Assembly: GCA_964016885.1 (NCBI GenBank)
Contig: OZ024742.1
Coordinates: 29,636,001 to 29,700,000, forward strand
DNA from: Eledone cirrhosa
Lineage: Eukaryota
Length of the DNA: 64,000 nucleotides
Direction: 5' to 3'
Positions within the stretch are counted from its first letter, which is position 1. Each line of letters opens with the position of its first letter. The notes under the pieces were generated by a model that did no database searches, was not told the DNA's origin, and saw nothing but the letters and a program-made list of their open reading frames with translations. Below, in pieces: positions 1-12,878 of this stretch. The translations under genes and the position numbers were made by a program.

Positions 1-269
1 CTGTTATTATTCAACTCTTTTTTTCGTAATTTTCTGCATTATTTTAGCGATTCCTTGAGGCTATACAAAAGAATTTCAAGCGAAGAAAAACAGTTATTCA
101 GAATTTTGGCAATTTATCTGGTTTTCATTTTTTCCAGTACTAAATGTTTCATTTATTAAGGAAAGCGTTATTTTTAATTTATTATTAATCTATTTGTTTT
201 GTTTTATTTATTTTTTAATTATTGGTTTCTTGTTAGAATGGATGCTAATGGACAAATGATTACTGAGTT

Positions 270-535
270 CACTTAGTAATTATTCGGTCGCAGTTTCGAT
301 CCCATTGTGTGGTATCTTGAGCAAATGTTATTTACTGTAACCTCGGATAAAGCCATGCCTTGTGAATGAAATTGTGGAGAGGAAAACTGTTTGGAAGCCC
401 GTCGGGTTAACTATATCTTTAAATCATAGAGCCAGCCTTGTCAGATACTGTGTTATACTAATATTTCCTGATAATTATCTTGATAGTACACGTGTCTATG
501 GAATGTTCAGCCACACACGGCTTAATTTCATGAGC
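270..535 (+). mobile_element. Degenerate SINE (tRNA/CORE-like head, cephalopod-type)
   Basis: B-box-like 'gtttcgatccc' followed by CORE-like 'atcttgagcaaatgttatttact'. The 3' part (cagccttgtca...taatttcatgagc) resembles the copy at ~1040-1105. Confidence 0.5.
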
Positions 536-579
536 TTTTGTTTTGAATAATTTTCGTTTTTTTTTTTCGTTTTTCTTTT

Positions 580-920
580 CAGTTGAAAAGTGGGTATTAG
601 CTCTGAAATATCATTTTGAAATATACCTTCGTTTTGTTCTATTTGTCAACCTTTGCCCACGATATTTCTACCACATTGAACCAGTTTTCTGAAACATATC
701 AATCATTTATTACAATATCTCACAATACTTCGAATTAAATATACTAATTTATTCCCATCTCGCCTGAATCAGGCTGACTTTCTTCACATTTGAAAAGAGG
801 GTTTTAGCTCTGAAATATTATGTTGAAAAATACTGGGTAAAGCTTTACTTTGTTTTGTTTTATTTGTCATCCTTTGCCCTTTATATATTTCTACCATATT
901 CTACTGGCTTTCTGAAAATC
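580..920. repeat. Diverged direct duplication, ~210 bp spacing
   Basis: 'ttgaaaagtgggtattagctctgaaatat...tatttctaccacattgaaccagttttctgaaa' recurs as 'ttgaaaagaggggttttagctctgaaatat...tatttctaccatattctactggctttctgaaa'. Confidence 0.6.
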
Positions 921-924
921 GCTC

Positions 925-1165
925 GGTGGAATTCAAATCCAGGTAACGGGTAGTGTCCATTAAAAAGCCATCACATTATTTCACGTTGCTCCAGTCCCCT
1001 CCGCTAGCAAAGGATGAGTTGCACATGTAATTCAAATGATCTGCCTTGCCAAGCTGAATCACCCTGAGAGCTATATTAAGGGTACCCGTTAAATTCGTGA
1101 GCAGGCTTATCTGTTGGTCAAACAACAAAAGCCCTCGTTGTATGACTGATCGGAGATTCAACACA
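925..1165 (+). mobile_element. Degenerate SINE fragment
   Basis: B-box-like 'gaattcaaatcc'; shares 'gccttg...ctgag...ttaa.ttcgtgagc' with the 270-535 copy. Confidence 0.4.
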
Positions 1166-1337
1166 TATAAACATAGACATCCTCTAGCCTCAGGGAAATG
1201 ATACAAGTCCATCATGTATTCGGTTTATATAGCTTTATAATCTATTCGTCCAGATAACAATAGTTGATTATATATTATATATATATATATAGATATATAT
1301 AGATATAGTTGATTATATATTATATAATAGTTGATTG

Positions 1338-1391
<54 letters not shown>

Positions 1392-1656
1392 TAAATCATG
1401 TCTTTAGAATCATCAGATAATAAAATATATACTATTTCTTCTTCTAATTAGAATAACTAACCATATAAAAAATCAATCAGAACAAGCTATAAGAATAAGT
1501 GCTCTTATGGGGAAATGTCCGACAAATAACCGAACGTAGCCTCTTCGCGGCGGCCCCAATCGAGTATTTATAAAAGTGACCAGTTGCAACATGTATATAT
1601 CTATAACTTTATGTATATGTTAACCTTTATATATATATATATATATATATATGAAC

Positions 1657-2781
1657 GACGTAAAATAAGAAAATTATAAAAATTAACTTACTTACTAAAA
1701 TTTCACTCCAACTAATTAGTTTCTGAACGGGAATAAACATCGTTTCCGAATGGAACATGGAGAATACCCTTCGTCATCAGGAAGTCAATTCTCAGCTAAG
1801 TTCCCAGGCGATGCTTGGACACAGGGAACTTATACAAAAATAATTCAGTGGATGGAAAAAAGCAAGCGAGGACTAAATTCCAGGACATTAAAAAAATCAC
1901 TGCCTACTTGGTCGGTGGCAAATTCAAAAGAATCAATCACGTGACATCGAGGTTAATCAGTGAGGAGTGGGGTGTTAATAAGACAGTAACCGGACTATTA
2001 CTATGAACTATAGTAGTAGTTTTGGCAAATTTTTGCTCAACAAAATAATTTGTAGATAATTATAAAGAATTAGTATATCTACCTACATATATATACAAAT
2101 GCATACCTATGCTAGCAAATATATAGGTTTTGTCTTAGTAACTTTGTGGTTCAATGCAAGGGGATGCAGAACAATTATATGAAAGACGTAGAATCAGAAA
2201 ATTATAAAAATTAACCTACTTACTAAAATTTCCCTCCAACTAATTAGTTTCTGAAAGGGAATAAACATGGTTTCCGAATGGAACATGGAGAATACCTTTC
2301 GTCATCAGGAAGTCAATTCTCAGCTAAGTTCACAGGCGATGCGTGGACACAGGGAACTTATACATAGTAATAGTCCGGCTACTGTCTTATTAACACCCCA
2401 CTCCTCACTGATTAACCTCGATGTCACGTGATTGATTCTTTTGAATTTGCCACCGACCAAGTAGGCAGTGATTTTTTCAATGTCCTGGAATTTAGTCCTC
2501 GCTTGTTTTTTTCCATCCACTGAATTATTTTTGTATAAATTCCCTGATGACGAAAGGTATTCTCCATGTTCCATTCGGAAACCATGTTTATTCCCTTTCA
2601 GAAACTAATTAGTTGGAGGGAAATTTTAGTAAGTAAGTTAATTTTTATAATTTTCTTATTTTACGTCTTTCATATAATTGTTCTGCATCCCCTTGCATTG
2701 AACCACAAAGTTACTAAGACAAAACCTATATATTTGCTAGCATAGGTATGCATCTGTATATATATGTTGGTAGATATACTA

Positions 2782-2790
<9 letters not shown>
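1657..2790 (-). mobile_element. Non-coding hammerhead-bearing element: 528-bp monomer in ~1.35 tandem copies plus an inverted rearranged copy (retrozyme / PLE pLTR-like)
   Basis: 'gacgta.aat.agaaaattataaaaattaac' occurs at 1657 and 2185 (528 bp apart). 2365-2790 is the reverse complement of parts of the monomer. CTGATGA...GAAA cores occur at ~1720-1784(-), ~2248-2312(-) and 2544-2600(+). Flanked by (TA)n. Confidence 0.75.
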
Positions 2791-2860
<70 letters not shown>

Positions 2861-3018
2861 CATGTGATGAACAACACAATATTATTATTCGATTACCCAA
2901 GTTTTTACGAAGTTAGATGATTCTAACAGAAACGTACGTTACGTTCATCAGAGGAAATAAACTCTGCACAATATATATATATATATATATATAGGTCATT
3001 AATGAGCGAATGGAGCCG

Positions 3019-3062
<44 letters not shown>

Positions 3063-3143
3063 ACATGAGAGGGAGAGAAAGAGAGTGACAGACAGAGAGA
3101 GAGAGAAACACTATATATACTTACATATACGTATGTATGTATT

Positions 3144-3191
<48 letters not shown>

Positions 3192-3441
3192 GATAGATAG
3201 ACAGACATTGCATTAACTGTATGAGGATTAAAGCAGTGTATAGCGAACAATTTATCATTTGTTGACCAGTAAAAATATTTTATCAATAAAAGAATAAAAG
3301 AAAGATATTTATTTTGTAGATATTAATGGACGTTTTAGCTTTCTTTGACAGGAAACAGTCTTGAATTGATACTGGACCCCTGCTTCACCTGCTGTTAGTT
3401 ACACGTTGACATATATACATTAATATACATACACACACGTA

Positions 3442-3533
<92 letters not shown>

Positions 3534-4141
3534 GGTGGCTGCCAACACGTTTTCGAGTACGGCCACTACTTTATATCCATGTAGGAGAACTCCTATCGAT
3601 GCGCTGAACGAGTGTGACTTTTTAGTGCAGCCAGCGATTTGAAAACTCTGGTACAAACACTACACTTGTGACAATTATTGACACATAGTGTTGGGCCCAT
3701 GGCACCATGTGACGCGAAGTGCAGAGAGATCTCCAGATATAAAGCAATGCCTGTGCCTTGAAGCTTTTATAGTAAGCAAAGGCACTGCACAAAGCCAGTC
3801 CTACTCTCTTAACCAAGATGATATTTACCAAAAAGAAGAACAAGTCAACATCATTGGATACCATCAGAGTTGCAGGTGTTATATCAGAGTTTTCCTTCTC
3901 CTAGAATTCTGCCTTGACAAAGGCTAAGGGGTCATCTCTCCCGGTGATTTTGGATTGCCATTGACTCTTAAGAGCTCCGTTGCCCTTTGACAGGTTTTTT
4001 TTTTAGTCCTGCAGGATGTCCAAAGTCACCCTCCTCACCAAGAAACCTTGGTGGGGTTGCCAGTTTAGTCGCCAACGACCCGACCATGAGACAGGTTGTA
4101 CTGGGATACATATTACCAGTAGCACCAACTGGTGACCTGAC
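3534..4141 (-). mobile_element. ~600-bp RTE-derived non-autonomous retroelement (5'UTR-like head + ORF2 3' end), copy 1
   Basis: Near-identical copies at 13754, 22196 and 23076. The minus strand carries RTE-type 5'UTR motif 'ggagaaggaaaactctgata' and ends in a C2H2 finger, [23 protein letters not shown]. Inserted in (TA)n. Confidence 0.8.
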
Positions 4142-4887
4142 ACATATACATATATATACATATATATACATACATACATATATATATACATACATATATA
4201 TATACATACATACATACACATACATACATACATATATATATATACATACATACATATATATATACATACATACATATATATTTATACATATATTGATATA
4301 CTTGGGGAGTGTCATATTTGTGTAATATTGCCAGAATTAATAACAGAACACACTCACTGTTTGGTTGGTTTTCGCTTCTCGCTGTCTTTTATATCTGTAA
4401 TCTAACTTACTCGGTCCTCAATGTTGCCATTGACTGACCGACGGTCAAAAATAATACAGATACAATATAGACACAAACACATATATATAGTTTATCATAA
4501 ATCTTTCGTTGCACATCTGCACATCGTCAGTGGTGTTATATGTTCCTCCTGTTGTGTTGTATGTCTACGCCATTTTTTATTCAGTCTGTCTATATATTTA
4601 TTTATTTATTTTCTTGTTTGTTTATTTTATTTTGTCTTCTTTGCGCATGCGTTTGCGTGTGTGTATAGTGTTATGTTTGCTGTGTGATGGGTGACTAGTG
4701 TGTGTTTATTTGCTTGTTGTTATTGTGCTTGTGTATGTATTTAATTATCTTATTTTATTTACTTATTCATACTTCTCTTAGGTCAGTGTTGTTTGTTTGG
4801 GTGTTGTTGTTATTCCATTCATTCTTTCTGTTTAGCTTTGGTCTTCTAATTTCTATTTCACTGGCCACTCTGATTTGCCTATCTGCA

Positions 4888-4896
4888 TATATATAC

Positions 4897-4971
<75 letters not shown>

Positions 4972-4972
4972 C

Positions 4973-5009
<37 letters not shown>

Positions 5010-5015
5010 CATATA

Positions 5016-5055
<40 letters not shown>

Positions 5056-5256
5056 CATATATATACATACATATATATATACATATACATACATACACAT
5101 ATATATACATATATATACATACATATACATATACATACACATACATACATATATATATATACATATATATACACATATATACATACATATATATATACAT
5201 ATATATACATACACACATATATACATACATATACATACACATATATATACATATAT

Positions 5257-5287
<31 letters not shown>

Positions 5288-5362
5288 CATACATATATAT
5301 ATATATACATATATATACATACATATATATATACATATATATACATACATATATATATATAC

Positions 5363-5393
<31 letters not shown>

Positions 5394-5745
5394 CATACAT
5401 ATATATACATACATATACATATACATACAGATACAAATATATATATACATACATATACATACATATATATATACATATATATACATACATATATATATAC
5501 ATATATATACATACATATATATATACATATATATACATACATATATATATACATATATATATACATATATATACACATATATATACATACATATATATAT
5601 ACATAGATATATATATACATATATATATACTTATATATATACATATATATATACATATATACATATATATATACATATATATACATACATATATATATAC
5701 ATATATATACATACATATATATATATACATATATATACATACATA

Positions 5746-5786
<41 letters not shown>

Positions 5787-5855
5787 ACATATATACATAC
5801 ATATATATATACATATATACATACATATATCTATATATACATATAGATATAGATA
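4888..5855. repeat. Compound (TA)n/(TACA)n microsatellite
   Basis: Directly visible; source of the spurious YI/HT ORFs. Confidence 0.95.
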
Positions 5856-5895
5856 GGTAAATATACACGGGTGTGTATGATTGTGTATAGAAGAT

Positions 5896-6292
5896 TATAT
5901 TAATAAGAGGAATTCCAACTTTGTCTGATTTACTCGTTTTATTTACAATCCTTTAAAATATATATAATATGGTATTATAATGAAATAGTAAGATAGAATA
6001 TTAAAAATATATATAATATGGTATTATAATGAAATAGTATGATAGAATATTAAATTCTACTGTGGTGACAGTCGAGTTTGCAATTTTCAACTGTTGAAAA
6101 TTGCAAACTCGACTGTCACCACATATCATGAACCTGAAGATTGCGAAAGCATGAAAGTACTTGTTCAATTAACACTTAGAATTTAATATTCTATGATACT
6201 ATTTCATTATAATACCATATTATATATATTTTAAAGGATTGTAAATAAAACGAGTAAATCAGACAAAGTTGGAATTCCTCTTATTAATATAT
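5896..6292 (+). mobile_element. Fold-back mini-element with hammerhead (PLE pLTR-derived)
   Basis: 5896-6059 is the reverse complement of 6177-6292 (with an internal ~48-bp tandem duplication). There is a perfect 31-bp hairpin at 6061-6123 and a hammerhead at 6129-6167. Confidence 0.8.
6129..6167 (+). ncRNA. Minimal type I hammerhead ribozyme
   Basis: tgaac-CTGAAGA-ttgcgaaagcat-GAAA-gtac-TT-gttca: stem I tgaac/gttca, stem II tgc/gca with a GAAA loop, palindromic stem III agtact. Confidence 0.8.
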
Positions 6293-6407
6293 GTATATAT
6301 ATATATATACATATATATATACATATATACATACATATATATACATATATATATACATATATACATACATATATATATATACATATATACATACATATAT
6401 ATATATA

Positions 6408-9400
6408 CCACCCTCCACTATCACCCCACTGCACAAACTCCCATTGCTGCCATTAACAAACAAACAAATTAACAACACACCAAAACAATTAAAACCATCC
6501 ACTCTCGCCTCTACATTTTTGCTTAACGCCCAAGGCATCAGCCCTTCCACCAATACTCAAAAATGGAAGATCAAATTCCTGGAGGACTGGATTGATGTCC
6601 AGCCAAACCACATCCCTTTCTTCGTCCTCACTGAAACCCATCTCAGTAACCTCCACTTGGAAGCCGAGGTGAAAGTGAAAAATTTCAAAGCCATCCGTGC
6701 TGATCGCGCTGGCAGAAGAAAGGGCGAAACTGCCATTTATGTCCATAATTCTTTCTCAACAGAGGCTATGAACATATTCACTAATGGATACTGTGAAGCA
6801 GTCACTGTATTCAGTCAAACCAACAACCTATTAGTAGTTGGGCTCTATAGGCCACCCCAAACGCCTGTACCATGCTTCAAGGAATGCCTCAACAGCATAA
6901 AGTGTTTCATCCAAGAGTGTCACCCTGACAACATCTTGATGATGGGGGACTTCAACCTCCCCGGAGTTGACTGGTCCACAAACAGCCTGCCACCAGGTTC
7001 TTCTGCCTCAACCTCTGACAGGGAAGCTGTGGAATCGCTTCTTGACTTCATGGATGATTTCTTCCTATCCCAACTGGTGCTCGAACCAACGAGGTACAAC
7101 AAAAACGTCCTAGACTTAATTTTCAGCAATCACACTGACAATATCCACAATATTGCAGTGGAGAAAACTCTACTCTCTGATCATGACATGGTTCTCTGTG
7201 ATCTGAGATTCCACCGTCCAATATACAAACCCAATGTCATCTCTCCTGTCCATCCGTTTGACGCTATGGATTTCCACAATGCAAACTGGGAAGCGATCAG
7301 TCATGATCTTGCACATGTCGACTGGTCCTTCACGCACACTCATACACCCACTAACATCAAAAAGTCCTGGCAGACATTTGTGGACACTGTTACAAACATA
7401 TGTGCTAAACACACCCCATTAAGAACTATAAACAAATCTAAGAGCAGAATCCCTAGAAATAGAAAAACGCTCATCAGAAAAATTAAGAGAACAAACAAAA
7501 AAATCAACAAGCTGAAATACTGTCAGCAGCAACACATCAACTTGACTGCCATTTCATCACTAGAGATTAAAAAACATAACCTCCAAAACAACATAATGTC
7601 CCTCATCAACAATCAGAGAAGAGCTGAAGAGGCCTGGGCCATTGAGAAGATCAAACTCAATCCCAAAGTGTTCTTTTCATTTGCAAAAAAACACAAAATC
7701 ACTGGCTCTACTGTTGGCCCTCTAATTGATGAAAATGGCACTCTTCAAGACAATGCTAAAACCATGGGTGAGATACTGCAGAAACAATACTGCTCTGTTT
7801 TCAGCAATCCTGATATGGCCGATCTGGGCTGTATCGGCGATGTTACTCCCCATTACACCTTATCGGACATAACGTTTGGCGCCCCTGATGTCTTGGCGGC
7901 AATAAAGGAAATCAAGCATAATTCGGCAGTAGGTCCCGATAGGTTCCCTGCTTGTGTCTTGAAGGCGTGTCAACACCAACTTGCATCTCCTCTTGCCAAT
8001 CTGTGGCGGAACTCACTGGATGCTGGATATGTGCCAGAAAACCTTCTATCCCAGTCTGTTGTCCCAGTTTTCAAAAAGGGAAACAAATCCCTTGCCGTGA
8101 ATTACCGTCCAATCTCACTCACCTCTCATATCATTAAGGTATTTGAGAGAGTGGTGAGATCGCGAATTACCCACTTCCTTGAGAGTAACAATATGCTGAA
8201 CTCCAACCAGCATGGATTCCGTAATGGAAGGGATTGCCTGACGCAGCTACTGCATCACTTTGATGACATTTTGAGAGCCTTGGGAGAGGGTTCCAACACT
8301 GATGTTATCTACCTTGATTTCAGCAAGGCCTTTGACAGGGTTGATCATAACATTCTACTGAGAAAGCTGTCCAATATTGGTGTCACTGGAAAGCTGCTGC
8401 AGTGGATCAAGAGCTTCCTGTCAAACAGAACCCAACATGTTGTAGTTGAGGGAGTCAAATCAAGCCCAGCCAAAGTCAGTAGTGGGGTCCCACAAGGCAC
8501 TGTGTTGGGCCCACTTCTCTTCATCATCTATATTAATGACATCACTGACATCATCAAACACAGCAACATTAAAATTTTCGCTGATGATTCCAAGCTCCAA
8601 AAGGTCATCAATGGCGTGGATAACCGATAAGCCTTCAGTCAGACCTACTGGCTGTTACCCAATGGGCAGAAAAGAACAACATGTTACTGAACGAAGACAA
8701 ATTCGAACTGATCCACTTTGGAAAAGAGGATGCTCTGAAACTCCCGTACTCCCTTCCCTCCGGGGAAACTCTCGTGGCATCTAACAACATCAGAGACTTG
8801 GGAGTAACCGTGGACAGCAACATAAGCTGGACCACGCATATAAGCAGCAAAGTTGACATGGCCCGCAGAATGTGTTCCTGGATCCTCAGAACCTTCCAGT
8901 CGAGAGATTCCCGCACCATTATCCTTCTCTTCTCTACTTTTGCCCGACCACACCTTGAATACTGTTGTCCACTGTGGTCTCCCCACACGAAACAAAGTAT
9001 CATGAAACTTGAAGCTCCTCAAAGGGCAATCACGAAAAAGATAGATGGCATGTCAGACCTCGACTACTGGGGTCGATTAGAAAACCTGAAACTTTACTCA
9101 CTCCAACGTCGCCGTGAGCGTTATATTATCTGCATGATGTGGAAAATGTTCCATCATCACTGCCCAAATGATGTTGGCATCGCCTTCAAGATACACCCAA
9201 GGCTTGGGCCCCGTGCTATCCGTCCCATTCAAAAATCTAAATCGCAACTCATAACAACAATACGGCACAATTATTTCACCTCAATCGGCCCTGCTCTCTT
9301 CAACATCACACCAGGACACGTCAAAACAGAAACTGACCACACAAAATTCAAGAAGTCTTTGGACAAATTCCTCCAAGTAATCCCGGACAAACCACCCACA

Positions 9401-9463
9401 CCCGGATATGTCTCCGCAAACAGTAATTCTCTTCTCGAATGGGCCATGGTGCCCAAATCCTGA
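6408..9463 (+). pseudogene. LINE ORF2 (endonuclease + reverse transcriptase) with one frameshift at ~8625-8632
   Basis: ORF 6291-8630 (its first ~40 codons are microsatellite) continues in another frame as LQSDLLAVTQWAEKNNMLLNEDKF into ORF 8681-9463. Confidence 0.85.
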
Positions 9464-9540
9464 ATTGAAAGACTTCGCCAGGTGGTGCTATTAAGTTAGA
9501 CATGGCCTGGGCCAATACTGGCCAAAACATTTCAAAGTTA
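6408..9540 (+). mobile_element. CR1-group non-LTR retrotransposon (LINE), 5'-truncated, ORF2 nearly intact
   Basis: APE endonuclease motifs (LNAQG, TETHL, GDFNLP, LDLIF, SDH) and RT motifs (NYRPISLTS, QHGFR, YLDFSKAFD, GVPQGTVLGP, FADD). C-terminus has LQRRRERY...SNSL. Short 3'UTR runs into (TACA/TA)n. Confidence 0.9.
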
Positions 9541-9733
9541 TACATGTATATACATATATATACATATATAGATATATATATACATATATATATACATATA
9601 TATATACATATATATATACATATATATACATATATATATACATATATATATACATATATATACATACATATATATATACATATATATACATACATATATA
9701 TATACATATATATACATACATATATATATATAC

Positions 9734-9769
<36 letters not shown>

Positions 9770-9907
9770 ACATATATACATACATATATATATACATATA
9801 TACATACATATATATATATACATATATACATACATATATATATATACATATATACATACATATATATATACATATATACATATATATATATATACATATA
9901 TATATAC

Positions 9908-9940
<33 letters not shown>

Positions 9941-9990
9941 CATACATATATATATATACATATATACATACATATATATATATACATACA

Positions 9991-10021
<31 letters not shown>

Positions 10022-10100
10022 ACATACATATATATATACATACATATATATACATATATACATACATACATATATATAAATAAATATACACTATAATAAA
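9541..10100. repeat. Compound (TA)n/(TACA)n microsatellite
   Basis: Directly visible. Confidence 0.95.
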
Positions 10101-10132
10101 TATACACTACATATATAATAAATATACACTAA

Positions 10133-12549
10133 TAACTAAGATCAAGAATGACCCGCACCTCTTCGTCACCTCCGACAAAACCAAAAAGCTGTACAAGATG
10201 GACGCGAGTGAGTATAAAAAAATTCATCTATAAGGAACTACACAAAGACTACAAAAAGACACCCTCTAGTACCCTAAATGACATAAATAGAGTAGGGAAG
10301 GATATAGTCACCAGCTTAGAAATAGAAAAGTACACTAACCCGTACGTCCCTCTGACGCCTAAATTCTCTCTTAAGGATCACAAATATGACTTTAATGAAA
10401 GCCCCTCTATTAGACTAATATGCCCCTCTACATCAGATATAGGTAAGATTAGTAAAGTGATCCTCGACAGAGTACTACTCGAGCTTAATAGAAAGGCTAA
10501 GGTCTGCCTCTGGGGCAACACCGACCAGGTCATAAATTGGTTCACCGAGTTGCCGGATAAAGCCACCCTGAAATTCATCCAGTTTGATATAGATAGCTAC
10601 TACGCCTCTATCTCCCCCATACTCTTAAATAAGGCACTTATCTTAGCTAGATCTAACACTAGCCTCACTAAAAAAGAAATAGACATAATTCTAGCGGCAC
10701 GTAGAACCATTATTCAGTTCGAAGGCTCCCACTGGACCAGAACCAACCGTCCTGATAACTTCGATGTCACGATGGGGTCCAGTGACTCAGCGCAAGCAAC
10801 TGACTTGGTCGGGATATACCTCCTACATAAGCTTAGGGAAGACATACCGGCCCTACAAGGAGGTGTATATAGGGACGACGCCCTGTTTACCGTTAGAAAC
10901 CATAGCCCCCGTAGGATAGAGAATCTTAACAAACACATACACAGGTTCTTTAAGTCATACGGTCTATCCGTAACTATGGACCTCAACCACAGGGTTGTCA
11001 ACTTCCTGGACGTGACCCTGGAGTTGAGTACGGGCTTATACAAGCCATACCATAAGCCTGGAGAGTGCCTCTCTTATATTAATTATGCCTCCAACCACCC
11101 TAAGCAGACTCTCAACTCCATAGTCTATAGTATCTCACATAGAATCTCGAGGCTATCCGCCAATGAGAATATCTTCAACCAAGCGGCTGATTACTACAAT
11201 AGGGCCCTGATAAGCGCCGGCTTTAACCGAGGAATTTCCTACATCCCTAACGCTAGCTCTAGAAACCACCCCCCTCATAAAACTAACGTTATAGTAAGCC
11301 ATACCTATAACCGATCACGCGGCGACCTCGTTGAAGTCGGATATAATAGAATAGATAACCGCACCAAAGATCACGTCCCCGGCGACGGTGACCATTGTAG
11401 ATTACTCAAACTATTCCCCTATTACAAAACCAACAAAGGCGACGGCCTACTACCAACGCCTCCCAACCAACATCTTCGTGTACATAAACATGGAAGAGGT
11501 AGAAAGAGTGCACCCGAGCATAAAGTGAAAGGGGCACCGAACGGGCGACTGCGCATTAACACACATAAGAGCGGTCACTTAGATGGAACCACCCGTAGCA
11601 AAAGTACAAGGACACGTAATCGCCACCGTAACGTCCTATGGTTTCACCCCCCTACTCTCGGAGTGTGGCCTCCAACATACCCCGGATGTTCTTCGAAGCC
11701 TTAGAGAAGAACTTCCCGCCCAACCATAGGTATAGAAAAATTCTTAATAGGAACAATATAAAAATATCCTTCTCTACTACTCCTAACCTAGCAGACATCA
11801 TAGGAACAACGAACCACAGTAAGATCACCAAGACACAGCACCTCGACACAGACGCACCTACACCTGACAATAACTATATCGGCCTTAACAACTCCCTGGC
11901 AGCATCCAATAGTGTTGGCAACGGCATCCGCAGACGCAACCAGAATGACCGCGAAATGACTGGGGAACATGCAGAACATGACGTGCGGAATAACAATCGC
12001 ACCACCCCGCGTGCTGTGGGTTGTAATTGTGCTAACGACAGCTGCGGTAGCGTAGGTAACAACGTAGGCAGCAACAATGATAGCATTACCGTGGGAAATA
12101 GGCGGAACCGCGACAGAAATTGCAACTGCCGCGACAGAGGACGCTGCCCCCTTAGAGGATACTGCTTGACTGATAGGGTTATATATAGATGAACTATTAC
12201 TAGCCACAATAGCGTTAAACATTATATAGGGGCCAACTCCGGCCCGTTCAAAATTAGGTTTCGAACACATCTCCACTCTTTCACAAATAGAAAACTTAGG
12301 CACTCCACTTCGCTCGCCGACTACATCACATCACTAAAGGACTTAAACATCAGCTTCTCCACGCACTGGGAGATTGTCGGCAGGGCTGCACCGTACAACT
12401 TCAAGAGGAAATGCGATCTTTGCCTCATGGAGCTCTACCACATCATAACTGCACCCCACGAGCTCATCAACAGCAGAGCTGAAACAGCGATAAGTTGTAC
12501 ACATCGCTTAAAAATATCCTTCTTCAGATGGGTTAAGGATGAAGAGTGA
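10133..12549 (+). pseudogene. PLE RT + GIY-YIG endonuclease ORF with two homopolymer frameshifts (~10220, ~11650) and one in-frame TGA (12190-12192)
   Basis: ORFs 10148-11704 and 11638-12192 join. Reading through the TGA gives TITSHNSVKHYIGANSGPFKIRFRTHLHSF...KCDLCLMELYHI...INSRAETAISCTHR...EE* ending at 12549. Confidence 0.85.
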
Positions 12550-12836
12550 AATAGTACACTAGATCTCCCTGCAACAAGTCTTAACACCCCGTCGGGCAGG
12601 CGCTGCAAAATAACACCCAGAAAACAATCCTTGCATACCAGACCCAACTCAGACAAACCGATGCGGAAAAAAAAAAAAGAATTGTCCGGGAAAGACTGCC
12701 CTAACACCGGCCAGAGTTACCTCCCTTGACCTGCTGCAAAATCAAAACAAGATATTTTTGCGAATAATGAACCTTGATGTGGATTTAACCCTAAAAACTC
12801 TTTCCGAGGAATATAAGGAACACTTGTGATTATTTA

Positions 12837-12878
12837 TGCCCTTGAGAATCCCAACTCGGCGAAACGTACGTAGGTGAT
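12837..12878 (+). ncRNA. Variant minimal hammerhead (UUGAGAA core)
   Basis: gccc-TTGAGAA-tcccaactcggc-GAAA-cgtacg-TA-ggtgat: U3/A8 in place of C3/G8, palindromic stem III, short stem I. Confidence 0.5.

Noticed and set aside
2925-2960. Minus-strand CTGATGA near 2945 (and one near 1410)
   Set aside because: There is no downstream GAAA or stem III; at most these are broken remnants.
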